A DNA stretch of 64,000 nt from Ignavibacteriota bacterium (GTDB taxonomy: Bacteria > Bacteroidota > Ignavibacteria > UBA10030 > CAVZMI01): NCBI GenBank assembly GCA_963776275.1, contig CAVZMI010000020.1, positions 64,001-128,000 on the forward strand, in the 5' to 3' direction. Shown here in pieces: positions 50,690-60,394 of this stretch. Positions within the stretch are counted from its first letter, which is position 1, and each line of letters opens with the position of its first letter. Both the position numbers and the translations under genes were made by a program. The notes beneath the pieces are model-generated. The model saw only the letters and a list, made by a program, of their open reading frames with translations, had not been told where the DNA came from and searched no databases.

Positions 50690-50733
50690 TTTTTTTCACC
50701 ATAAAAATTTCCAATAGAAAAAAAGAGGCTTTC

Positions 50734-51345
50734 GTGAAAAAAATTAATTTTAAGAAAGAACTAAAGCAATTATACAGTGCCCCGACAAAGACGCCGGTCA
50801 TGGTCAAAGTCCCAAGAATGAATTTTCTGATGATCTACGGAACCGGTGATCCCAATACATCTGTTAATTTTAAAAACGCTATCGAAGCTTTGTACAGTTT
50901 ATCGTATACAATGAAATTTGCTCTTAAAAAAGGAAAACCATCAATTGATTACGGAGTTCCTCCGCTTGAAGGATTATGGTGGACCGATTCAATGGCAGAT
51001 TTCAGTGTAGAAAATAAGGACATATGGAAATGGACCGTCATGATCATGCAGCCGAAGTATGTTACCCGGCTGCTTGTCAACCATGCGATCGAGAACGTGA
51101 GACAGAAAAAAGAGCTTCCTGCTCTTGATGCTGTCCGCTTTGAAGCCTATGCAGAAGCACATTCCGCACAGATAATGCATATAGGCCCTTTTTCTACAGA
51201 AGGACCGACAATTCAAAAATTACATTCATATATTAAAGAGAACGGATACAGTCTCCGCGGTAAACATCACGAGATTTATCTCAGTGATTTCCGGCGGGTC
51301 GCCCCGGAAAAATGGAAAACAATACTACGTCAACCATTAGAATAA
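50734..51345 (+). CDS. GyrI-like small-molecule-binding protein
   Basis: GDPN, PPLEGLWW, HIGPF, HHEIYLSD and KTILRQP motifs. Confidence 0.9.
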   Translation: MKKINFKKELKQLYSAPTKTPVMVKVPRMNFLMIYGTGDPNTSVNFKNAIEALYSLSYTMKFALKKGKPSIDYGVPPLEGLWWTDSMADFSVENKDIWKWTVMIMQPKYVTRLLVNHAIENVRQKKELPALDAVRFEAYAEAHSAQIMHIGPFSTEGPTIQKLHSYIKENGYSLRGKHHEIYLSDFRRVAPEKWKTILRQPLE

Positions 51346-51372
51346 AAAATCTTTAAGGAAGGAGAGAGGCGC

Positions 51373-51669
51373 ATGACTACAGCCCTCGTATTACTCACTG
51401 TTGCTCACGACAAAGTATCAAAAGTTGCAGAACTGCTTGCCGAAATGCCGGGGATCACCGAAGTATATTCCGTCGCCGGGAGATTCGACCTCGTGGCCAT
51501 AATTCGTGTAAAAGAAAACGAGCAGCTCGCTACGATCGTCTCCGATAGAATCCGGAAAGTAGAGGGAATTGAGAAATCCGAAACACTCATCGCATTCCGT
51601 GTCTATTCCCGCTATGATCTGGAAATGGCTTTCTCGCTCGGTTCTCTCGGTTCGGAAAACGCACATTAA
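51373..51669 (+). CDS. Lrp/AsnC ligand-binding domain protein
   Basis: EVYSVAGRFDLVAIIRV and SETLIAF motifs; no HTH. Confidence 0.88.
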   Translation: MTTALVLLTVAHDKVSKVAELLAEMPGITEVYSVAGRFDLVAIIRVKENEQLATIVSDRIRKVEGIEKSETLIAFRVYSRYDLEMAFSLGSLGSENAH

Positions 51670-52346
51670 TGATGGATATGAAATCGAAGCGATTCATCGA
51701 TGTCAGTCATACCATCGAACATGGCATGCCGACATATCCCGGAATTCCGGCGCCTGTGATAACTGATTTTCTTACAAGGTCGGATTCACGCAAGCATTAC
51801 GCTGACGGGACTGAGTTTTACATCGGTAAGATCGAGATGGCAGCCAATACCGGCACGTATATCGATTCACCGTTTCATCGCTATGAAAACGGGGCCGATC
51901 TTTCAGAGCTTCGGCTCGAATCTCTCGCCGATCTTGAAGGAATAATCATTCGCTGTCCATTTGTGAACGGCCGTGCAGTGAATAAACAATGTCTGGAAAA
52001 ATATGACGTGAAGGGAAAAGCCGTGCTTATTCACACGGGCTGGGACGTGCACTGGCATAGTGAACAGTATTTTCAGGGACATCCGTATCTTACAAGAGAT
52101 GCAGCCAATTTTCTTGTTCACGAAAGAGCAATCCTCATCGGCATCGATTCAATGAACATCGACGATACGGACGACCTCACCCGGCCGGTGCATTCTCTCC
52201 TTCTCAGAGCGAATATCCCAATCGTCGAGCATATGTGTAATCTTCAATCCGTCCCCGATCACGGATTCAAATTCTACGCAGTACCCGTCAAAATCCGGCA
52301 CTTTGGTTCTTTTTCTGTCCGTGCATTTTGTATCATCTCAGAATAA
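51669..52346 (+). CDS. Cyclase family (kynurenine formamidase-like) protein
   Basis: NTGTYIDSPFH, TGW, GIDSMNID and IVEH motifs. Confidence 0.9.
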   Translation: MMDMKSKRFIDVSHTIEHGMPTYPGIPAPVITDFLTRSDSRKHYADGTEFYIGKIEMAANTGTYIDSPFHRYENGADLSELRLESLADLEGIIIRCPFVNGRAVNKQCLEKYDVKGKAVLIHTGWDVHWHSEQYFQGHPYLTRDAANFLVHERAILIGIDSMNIDDTDDLTRPVHSLLLRANIPIVEHMCNLQSVPDHGFKFYAVPVKIRHFGSFSVRAFCIISE

Positions 52347-52363
52347 TTGTAGGGAGGAATATC

Positions 52364-52711
52364 ATGTTTTGTCCCAATTGCCGTGCAGAATATATTGATG
52401 GAATCACCGAGTGCAAAGAATGCGATGTTCCGCTTGTCGAATCGATCCCGGCTGAACCCGAGATGTATAAATTCGTCAAACTATTGTCGACTTTTAATCT
52501 CGTCGATATTGCAGTAATCAAATCCCTTCTCGACGACGGTGAGATTACTTATTACTTTATCGGAGAGAATTTCAACCAGATCGACCAGTTAGTACAACCG
52601 GCACGCCTCTTCGTCCGGGAAGATCAGGTTGAAGAAGCACGCGGACTTTTAAAAGACCTGAGTATTACGTATCTGGGACTTTCATCGTTATCCAGAGAAG
52701 AAGAAGAATAA
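52364..52711 (+). CDS. Zn-ribbon plus DUF2007 (signal transducing) protein
   Basis: MFCPNC..EY...CKEC; IKSLLDDGEI; LFVREDQVEEA. Confidence 0.82.
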   Translation: MFCPNCRAEYIDGITECKECDVPLVESIPAEPEMYKFVKLLSTFNLVDIAVIKSLLDDGEITYYFIGENFNQIDQLVQPARLFVREDQVEEARGLLKDLSITYLGLSSLSREEEE

Positions 52712-52925
52712 ATAATTAATGAGATTCATGAAGTATGATTGATGATTTATAAATTTAAAAAACGACTCGGATTATTCATCCAAGGAACCTTTGATCCCTA
52801 TTACTTTGTAAATTTAGAGGTTAGACATCAGACTTTGTGATGAGGGAAAAAATGAAATGCCTTCTCCCCTCATAAATCATCAATCATAAATCGACAATAA
52901 AAAAAGTACTTTTTAAAAATAGATC

Positions 52926-53582
52926 ATGTATCAACGCGACTATTTGCTCCGCATGATCGAGATGCTTGCACGGGCCCTTTCCAAAGTCCTTGGCCAGAAA
53001 GACCTGAAGTCAACAGAGGATGCCCTCCTCGAAATAGATGATGCCGGTAAGATGTATATCGGACTCGGCTCGGCCATGGTTTCTTCTTTTTCAGATGAAG
53101 ACATGATCACCCTCTTCCATTCGGGCGGTACCTTTGATACAAATAAGTGTCTCGCTATTTCTGAGCTTCTATATGCCGAGGGACAGGTGTTTGAGCTTCG
53201 CAAGGATGACGACCAGTACCGTTTGCGGTATCAAAGATCACTCCATTTCCTCCTCGAGGCGTTAACAGAGGATAATGATATCGCGGTAGGATCATACGAC
53301 GAGAGAATCGACATTCTCCTACGGGGGCTTTATGATGTTGTATTGCCACCTGCCGTTATGAAAAAACTTTTTCATTATTATGAACAGCGGGGAGCGTATG
53401 CAAAAGCAGAGGATGTTCTGTTCGAACTTATTGAAACAAATCAGGCTGAAATGAAAAATGATGGAATCGGATTCTATAAACGTTTGTTATGTAAGACAGA
53501 CGATGAACTCCGGCGGGGAAATCTTCCCCGAAATGAAGTCGAAGAGGGAATGCAAGAATTGATGAAAAGATCGCAGATGTAA
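52926..53582 (+). CDS. DUF6483-like helical protein
   Basis: RDYLLRMIE, YAKAEDVL and GNLPRNEVEEG motifs. Confidence 0.75.
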   Translation: MYQRDYLLRMIEMLARALSKVLGQKDLKSTEDALLEIDDAGKMYIGLGSAMVSSFSDEDMITLFHSGGTFDTNKCLAISELLYAEGQVFELRKDDDQYRLRYQRSLHFLLEALTEDNDIAVGSYDERIDILLRGLYDVVLPPAVMKKLFHYYEQRGAYAKAEDVLFELIETNQAEMKNDGIGFYKRLLCKTDDELRRGNLPRNEVEEGMQELMKRSQM

Positions 53583-53636
53583 GTCGGATTATCAAAGCCG
53601 GATCATCTATTATTTTACCATCAAAGGAGATACATT

Positions 53637-54479
53637 ATGCTCATATATAAACGAAAGTTGTGGACGGCATTTTATATCGTCATCATACTTGCTCTCTGTA
53701 TCGCTCAATCACAGTCACAGCAGCTTCAAGTACCGCGTTTGAGTCAGGGGGCAAAGATATCCCAGACTGTGGGTCTAAGCGAAATATCCGTCTCGTATCA
53801 TCGTCCCGGTGTGAAAGGACGGGAGATCTGGGGAAAGCTGGTCCCATACAACGAGATCTGGAGAACCGGCGCCAACGAACCGACGCTGGTGACATTGGGT
53901 GACGATACAATAATTGAAGGAAAGAAAATCGCCGCAGGAACATACCGCCTCGTGACTATCCCGACTCCCAAGGAATGGACGGTCGTTTTTAATACCGAGA
54001 CAAAGAACTGGGGGACGATTTACAATGCAAAGTATGACAGCATCCGGTTTAAAGTCATACCTGAATCCGGTCCGCACGAAGAGTGGATGTCGTTCAATTT
54101 CACCGATCTCACTCCGAATTCAGCTCGCCTTGTTCTGGCATGGGAAAAACTTAGGATCGGATTCAAGATCGAATTCAATACGCTTTCAAAACTTCAGGCT
54201 TCCATGGGTAAATGGGAGGTATTGAATGAAGCGGCACGATTTTCCCTTGATAACAAGTTGTATTTGAACGAAGCGATGACATGGATTGACCGATCGATCG
54301 CTCTCGATAAAAATTATTTTAACCTGAGAACAAAAGCCGAACTACTGGCCCGTTCCGGAAAATACAGCGTAGCAATAACCACAGCGGAAGAGGCGATCAA
54401 AGTCGGAAAAACGAAAGATCAGAAACTCGACACATCCGTAGTCGAGAAGCTTATCGCTGACTGGAAAACAAAGAAATAA
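53637..54479 (+). CDS. DUF2911-domain protein with C-terminal TPR
   Basis: YHRPGVKGREIWGKLVPY..IWRTGANE motif. Confidence 0.9.
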   Translation: MLIYKRKLWTAFYIVIILALCIAQSQSQQLQVPRLSQGAKISQTVGLSEISVSYHRPGVKGREIWGKLVPYNEIWRTGANEPTLVTLGDDTIIEGKKIAAGTYRLVTIPTPKEWTVVFNTETKNWGTIYNAKYDSIRFKVIPESGPHEEWMSFNFTDLTPNSARLVLAWEKLRIGFKIEFNTLSKLQASMGKWEVLNEAARFSLDNKLYLNEAMTWIDRSIALDKNYFNLRTKAELLARSGKYSVAITTAEEAIKVGKTKDQKLDTSVVEKLIADWKTKK

Positions 54480-54680
54480 CAATGAGATTGCCGGGGTATG
54501 TCGATATCCTTAAAAAAGTTAAAAATGTAAGCAGGAATCGGATTCTCTTGACATTATCCACCACATTTCGTAATCTATATCGAATCACATTTGTCGCCTC
54601 CGGACTTGAATTGATATCTCAATCCCTGATGTGCAAAAATTTTATTTATTCCGAATTATCACATTCTTCAAGAGTATCGG

Positions 54681-55898
54681 ATGAAATTAAGGACTAGAAG
54701 CATTCTCCCCGGAATTATTCTGGGTATTATTGTAGGAACGATGTTGATATATCTGTGGATATATCTCGGGATTCCCGTTTTTTCTCTTCGTACATATTTT
54801 GTTTTCTTTATCCTTTGCTATGTCAATATCTACATCCATGAACTAGGACATGTTCTTGCCGCTAAGTCAGTGCACTTCAAGGTAAATAGGGTGATGATTG
54901 GTAATGGCCGGACAATTTTTCAAAAGCACATGTTCGGCATCCTCGTTGTGATTACCAGGGGAATCGCCAGCGGTCAGACATTTTTGAGTACACATGATTC
55001 AACAAATATTCGAACACGCATGGCAATCGTTTCGGGTGGAGGATTACTCCTACAGACGTTGGCAATATTGGCAGTCATTATTCTGGGAGATTTCGACATC
55101 AATAGATTCCTGGGCAGACATAATTTTCATCTACCGACGATATTTGTCATGTCCAATATCTTTATGGCCGCCTCAGCGATATTGCCAATAAAGGTTGCAT
55201 CACGCGGCATCAGGATACCCAGTGATGGATTACGATTGCTAAAAGCGCCTTTTATGAAGGAGGAGGAAATTGCAGAGTTTCTGGCATACAGCGATGTGAT
55301 TGAAGCGCAGGAATTGTTCGAGAATCAAAACTACCATGCTGCGAACGAGATATATCGAAGATCTCTTGAGAAATTTCCTTTATCCGGGGTACCTGTTCTT
55401 TCCTATTCGATGTCGCTTATTCGTCTTCATCAATACGACGAGGCGGTAGCGACACTCGAGTCAGTCCTTCACCGAGCACACGATCATAAGTATGACATAG
55501 GTCTTAATAATAACATTGCATGGGCATATTTGTTAAAGAACGACCCAGAATCACTTCAAAAAGCTGGAATATATTCAGAAAGGGCATATAATGAGAATCA
55601 TTCTGTTCCCCCGATCGTTGGTACCCGGGGTTGTGTTTTGATTGAATTAGGGCAACTCGATGAGGGAATAAGACTTCTTAAACAGGTCTCGTCGCTTCAT
55701 AGTGCAATTGATGAGAAAACGAACAATGCTGCCGAATTCGTATATCTGGCCTTTGCGTATTTTCAAAAAGAAAAACCAAACGAGGCAATACGTTACCTGA
55801 ATCATTTAGATCGCTATTCATCAAAAATAGATGCTGATTCACGCTACTTGTTTGATCTCATGAAAAACAAAACAAATAATTTTGGACATTATGTATGA
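54681..55898 (+). CDS. M50-family membrane metallopeptidase with TPR C-terminus
   Basis: HELGH motif, PSDG motif, TM segments and TPR repeats. Confidence 0.85.
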   Translation: MKLRTRSILPGIILGIIVGTMLIYLWIYLGIPVFSLRTYFVFFILCYVNIYIHELGHVLAAKSVHFKVNRVMIGNGRTIFQKHMFGILVVITRGIASGQTFLSTHDSTNIRTRMAIVSGGGLLLQTLAILAVIILGDFDINRFLGRHNFHLPTIFVMSNIFMAASAILPIKVASRGIRIPSDGLRLLKAPFMKEEEIAEFLAYSDVIEAQELFENQNYHAANEIYRRSLEKFPLSGVPVLSYSMSLIRLHQYDEAVATLESVLHRAHDHKYDIGLNNNIAWAYLLKNDPESLQKAGIYSERAYNENHSVPPIVGTRGCVLIELGQLDEGIRLLKQVSSLHSAIDEKTNNAAEFVYLAFAYFQKEKPNEAIRYLNHLDRYSSKIDADSRYLFDLMKNKTNNFGHYV

Positions 55899-56215
55899 AA
55901 CATCTTCTCAAAGCTCTACTCCTCGGCGTATGCGCCGGTGTTATTGATGTCATTCCCATGATCGCTCAAGGACTCAATTGGTACGCGAACGCCTCGGCTT
56001 TCATTCAATGGATTGTTCTGGGGATCATCATTACACACATCGAGATCGGTCTGAAAAGCTGGTTGAAGGGACTCGTCGTGGCCGAACTCTGTGCAATCCC
56101 GATTATGATTATTGTCTCGATGGATGGCTTCTCTGCAGTTATCCCGATCATTGTGGCGACAGCGATCCTGGGTAGTTGCATTGGATACTTTGGCGATAAA
56201 TATGTCAGAAAATAA
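55895..56215 (+). CDS. Small four-TM hypothetical protein
   Basis: Overlaps the upstream stop (ATGA); GVIDVIPM motif and hydrophobic helices. Confidence 0.75.
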   Translation: MKHLLKALLLGVCAGVIDVIPMIAQGLNWYANASAFIQWIVLGIIITHIEIGLKSWLKGLVVAELCAIPIMIIVSMDGFSAVIPIIVATAILGSCIGYFGDKYVRK

Positions 56216-56335
56216 ATCCATCGCAAAAAAAGCCCGTTCGTTTTACAATACCGGCGTTCAAAGTTTGATTTCTTAAACATAATTCCGTACCATCACAATA
56301 TATTATGTGATACTCCTTAGAGAGGATACTGCGCC

Positions 56336-57124
56336 ATGAAGTATTATCACGTTGACGCGTTTACAAGCAAAATATTTGCCGGTAACCCGGCTGGCGTTTG
56401 CATCCTGACAGCGCCAAAAGATGAACAATGGATGCAAAATATTGCCGCAGAAATGAACCTCCCCATAACGGCATTTTTAATGAAGCAAGAGAACAGTTTT
56501 GACCTCCGGTGGTTTACACCGACCAGTGAAATCGGTCTCTGCGGCCATGGGACGCTTGCTTCAGCTCATATCCTTCGCGAAAAAGGAATACTTCGTGTTG
56601 ATGAAAAAGCGAGGTTTCTTACAAAGAGCGGACCACTCATCGCTTCAAAAGTAGGTAACCTTATCGAGCTTGATTTTCCGCTTGAAGAAATTCGAGAGGC
56701 CGCGGCTCCGCCCGATCTACTCGAAGAACTGAAAGTACAACCTACGTATGTCGGCAAGAGTCGTACGGACTATCTCATTGAGGTAGAATCGGAAGAAATT
56801 CTTCGAAATATCGCACCCGATTTTGCCCTTTTGAAAAAAGTTAAAATGCGCGGGGTGATGATAACGAGTCGTTCATCCAACCCTGCATTTGATTTTGTTT
56901 CACGATTCTTCGCTCCCGCTGTCGGTGTCAATGAGGATCACGTCACCGGTTCATCGCATTGCTGCCTCGGCCCGTATTGGCAAAAGAAGTTAAACAAAAC
57001 CAACCTCCTCGCCTATCAGGCGTCCGCGCGAGGCGGTGTCGTTAGTGTAAGGATCGGCAACGAGAGAGTTTTTCTCGGTGGCGAAGCAGTCACTGTCTTC
57101 ACGGCAGATCTCAAAGACGAATAG
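56336..57124 (+). CDS. PhzF family isomerase
   Basis: VDAFT...GNPAGV, LRWFTP..EIGLCGHGTLA and EDHVTGS motifs. Confidence 0.93.
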   Translation: MKYYHVDAFTSKIFAGNPAGVCILTAPKDEQWMQNIAAEMNLPITAFLMKQENSFDLRWFTPTSEIGLCGHGTLASAHILREKGILRVDEKARFLTKSGPLIASKVGNLIELDFPLEEIREAAAPPDLLEELKVQPTYVGKSRTDYLIEVESEEILRNIAPDFALLKKVKMRGVMITSRSSNPAFDFVSRFFAPAVGVNEDHVTGSSHCCLGPYWQKKLNKTNLLAYQASARGGVVSVRIGNERVFLGGEAVTVFTADLKDE

Positions 57125-57253
57125 GTACGAATCAGAAACAAAATATCATCACAGCACGACTTATAATCCCTTGCATTTGTTCAATTATCCTGATATTCTA
57201 CTATATCTTCTCCACGACAAATATCTTGATTATATGGAAAGGAACTCTTTAAT

Positions 57254-58096
57254 ATGAAAAAAATGCTTCTATTAACCTTTCTTTTCATTTTCTTTATTCG
57301 AATTACCTATGCTCAGAGCGTCGAGCGCTACAGCAGCAATCCCATTCCGAGACTGAACGTCGTTGCTCTCGCGCTTGCTGAAGATATGGCGACGGCCAAA
57401 AAGAACGTCGAAGAAAATTTTCGAGGCAATATGAAGATGGAGATGAAGTATCCGATACTGGTGGATTCAACATACAAGAAATTGAAGGAACAGAAAACAT
57501 TCGATATTTCCTTTTTCGGGAAAAGTACAAGCGGCAAGAAATTTTATTCCTATGCCGATTCTGTTCTGGCCTTGAATGCAAATCTCTCCAGCATTATTGT
57601 AGTTGACCGCCAGAAAAAGGTCCGGGCCATTTCGCAGGCTCTGATGGTCGATATTGAGCAGTTCTGCCATCTTATCGAGGAGCTTCTTTTAAACCTTGAT
57701 GGAAAGGAAATCATCGATATTGCAGTCGAAAAGGGATGGTCTACAGACCTTGCAAAGGAAAATTACGACAAGAAACCTAAGGCATTGATCAATCTTGGTC
57801 CCGGTGATGAAGATCGATGGTATGCATACCTCGGTAAAAAAATACCGGATCTGAAATTGAAAACTCTCGATGGCACCGATACCACACTCTATGGTGCCGT
57901 GAATGGAAAGGTTACCGTATTGTTTGTATTCGCCGCTTCCGTGGAACCCGACGTATTACAGAACATAGCCGGTACGGCAATGACAGCCAAACTTATGGAT
58001 AATCTGTATCACGGTTTTGGTCTTGGCGAAGTGGAACCGGGAAGCGAATTTGTAAAAAATGCGGTGACCGATAGCACGGAACTTATCCGCAAATAA
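57254..58096 (+). CDS. Hypothetical exported protein (possible degenerate thioredoxin-like folds)
   Basis: Signal peptide; GKKIPDLKLKTLDG resembles a redoxin N-terminus, but there is no CxxC. Confidence 0.65.
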   Translation: MKKMLLLTFLFIFFIRITYAQSVERYSSNPIPRLNVVALALAEDMATAKKNVEENFRGNMKMEMKYPILVDSTYKKLKEQKTFDISFFGKSTSGKKFYSYADSVLALNANLSSIIVVDRQKKVRAISQALMVDIEQFCHLIEELLLNLDGKEIIDIAVEKGWSTDLAKENYDKKPKALINLGPGDEDRWYAYLGKKIPDLKLKTLDGTDTTLYGAVNGKVTVLFVFAASVEPDVLQNIAGTAMTAKLMDNLYHGFGLGEVEPGSEFVKNAVTDSTELIRK

Positions 58097-58116
58097 ATCT
58101 CGTGTCACATACGCAT

Positions 58117-58166
58117 GAAAAAAAATCCAGGTGAGGATGAAACTCCACGCTTGGATTTTTTCTTTT
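58117..58166. terminator. Bidirectional terminator
   Basis: aaaaaatccag/ttggatttttt stem between convergent genes. Confidence 0.7.
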
Positions 58167-58274
58167 AGTAAAGCCGTAATTCAGTAAATGATTACAATCC
58201 CTTTGTACTATTATATATTGTCTCTTTTCAACATTCACAATTCACCATTCACCATTCACAATTCCTATAGCCAT

Positions 58275-59612
58275 TTAAAAAGAGTATCCGCTTTCACCAT
58301 GCTGACTCAGGTCAAGTCCTTCTAATTCATCCTGATCTTCAACCCGTAAACCCATCAATTTTTGCAGGACTTTCAGCATTACCCATGTCATGGTAAAAGA
58401 ATATATAATTGCGACAATAACGCTTAATGCCTGTACTCCAAGAAGTGAAATATTTCCCAGAAGAAGACCATCCGAACCAGACGGATTAATGAGTTTCGAA
58501 GCAAAGATACCTGTCGCAAGTGCACCAAGAGTACCACCGACACCATGAACCCCGACAACATCGAGTGAATCATCGTAATTAAACCGACTCTTGAATCTGA
58601 TTGCTGTGTAGCATAATGCTCCGGCGAGTATTCCGATAACAATTGCTGCTAACGGACCGACAAAGCCCGAGGCCGGTGTTATGGCAACGAGTCCTGCGAC
58701 ACAGCCTGATGCTGCGCCGAGAACCGTGGGTTTACCACGTTGTAACCATTCGACCACAAGCCACGATAAAGTGGCGGCCGCGGCTGCACAATGCGTAGCG
58801 GTAAATGCGGAGACGGCAAGAGCACCCGAAGCGATTGCGCTGCCAGCATTGAACCCGAACCAGCCAAACCAGAGTAAGGCTGCGCCGGTGAGCGTCATCG
58901 TGAGATTATGTGGCGGTGTAAGCTCTCCGGTGTGTCCTCGTCGCCGTCCGATGACCAGCGCTGCTGCGAGAGCAGAAATACCGGAACTGATATGGACAAC
59001 AAGTCCGCCGGCAAAATCAAGCGCACCGAGATTTCTTATCCACCCCCCTGTTCCCCATACCCAGTGCGCTATCGGGTCATAGACAATCGTCGACCACAAA
59101 AAAAGAAAAACAAGATATGTTTTAAATTTGAATCTTTCGGCAAATGCACCGGTTATGAGTGCGGGGGTAATAACCGCGAACATCATCTGAAACATCATGA
59201 AGGCCTGATGGGGAACCGTTGCACCGTAGTCGGCATTTGGTTCTAATCCGACTCCGTTAAGTCCGGCCCACGAAAGATTTCCTATAATGTGGCCGACATC
59301 CGGTCCGAATGCAAGACTGTAGCCCCACAGTACCCACTGGATTGAAATAATTCCCAGAGCTACAAAGCTTTGCATAATCGTTCCGAGAACATTCTTGCGT
59401 CTCACCATACCGCCGTAAAATAATGCAAGGCCGGGTGTCATCAGCATTACCAGAGCGGTAGCGATTAAAAGCCACGCAGTATCGGCAGTATCAACATGAA
59501 CGGCAGATGCAGTCCCCTGTGCCTCGACTACTGTCGTGTTTAACAAGAACAGCATGATATACCCCGCTAATTCTAACACTTTTTTGTTTTTTGGGAACTC
59601 TGCTTTTTCCAT
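58275..59612 (-). CDS. amtB: Ammonium transporter
   Basis: MTPGLALFYGG, DFAGGLVVH, WFGWFGFNAGS and DDSLDVVGVHG motifs. Confidence 0.96.
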   Translation of the reverse strand: MEKAEFPKNKKVLELAGYIMLFLLNTTVVEAQGTASAVHVDTADTAWLLIATALVMLMTPGLALFYGGMVRRKNVLGTIMQSFVALGIISIQWVLWGYSLAFGPDVGHIIGNLSWAGLNGVGLEPNADYGATVPHQAFMMFQMMFAVITPALITGAFAERFKFKTYLVFLFLWSTIVYDPIAHWVWGTGGWIRNLGALDFAGGLVVHISSGISALAAALVIGRRRGHTGELTPPHNLTMTLTGAALLWFGWFGFNAGSAIASGALAVSAFTATHCAAAAATLSWLVVEWLQRGKPTVLGAASGCVAGLVAITPASGFVGPLAAIVIGILAGALCYTAIRFKSRFNYDDSLDVVGVHGVGGTLGALATGIFASKLINPSGSDGLLLGNISLLGVQALSVIVAIIYSFTMTWVMLKVLQKLMGLRVEDQDELEGLDLSQHGESGYSF

Positions 59613-59815
59613 GATGTTTCCCGGGAAATATATTATTAATGTATTTTAATATGTTAACCTTAATTATTAAGGTACTGTTATCATAAATATATAATTATTG
59701 AGTATATTGTCAAGTCCTACTTTCATTATTAGATATAGCGGGTTTCCCGTGAGTGTCGTACATTGTATCTACCGGCTCGTTCATCACGGATATATTACAA
59801 ACGAAGATTCATCGA

Positions 59816-60283
59816 ATGATCACAGTGCACTTCGTCACAACAGCGGATGAAATTAAGATTATCCGCGCTCTTTTCACAGAATACGAGTTTTCTCTCGGTA
59901 TAGATTTATCGTTCCAAAAATTTGACGAGGAGCTCGGCACACTCCCGGGTGAGTATTCGCCGCCAGCAGGTCGTTTAATCCTTGCATATAGAAGCGACGA
60001 ACCGGCAGGGTGTGCTGCGGTACAGAAAATTATGGATGATATCTGCGAATTAAAACGTATGTATGTTCGTCCGGCCTTCAGAGGTCAGGGAATTGGAAAA
60101 CAGCTTGCCGTTGCTGCAATCGAAGCGGCACGACAGATTGGATACCACCGGATGCGCCTTGATACACTGCCGGACATGACGGCGGCAATTACCCTTTATC
60201 AATCACTCGGCTTTACATACATCCTTCCGTATCGTCATAATCCCGTCCCCGGTGCATTTTTCATGGAACTGAAACTGCAATAA
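59816..60283 (+). CDS. GNAT N-acetyltransferase
   Basis: CELKRMYVRPAFRGQGIG and LDTL...AITLYQSLGF motifs. Confidence 0.92.
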   Translation: MITVHFVTTADEIKIIRALFTEYEFSLGIDLSFQKFDEELGTLPGEYSPPAGRLILAYRSDEPAGCAAVQKIMDDICELKRMYVRPAFRGQGIGKQLAVAAIEAARQIGYHRMRLDTLPDMTAAITLYQSLGFTYILPYRHNPVPGAFFMELKLQ

Positions 60284-60394
60284 TGCATTATCATTATCTC
60301 TTTTACGAAATGTTCCTTTTTTTAATTTCTTCATTGAATCAAATCGCATACTTGATTATATTAACTATTCATTCGTAAGAAGGATTATGTCTTT

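Noticed and set aside
58275-59750. amtB without adjacent glnK, and GroES-like gene without groEL
   Set aside because: Unlinked copies are common enough that this is not informative from one window.
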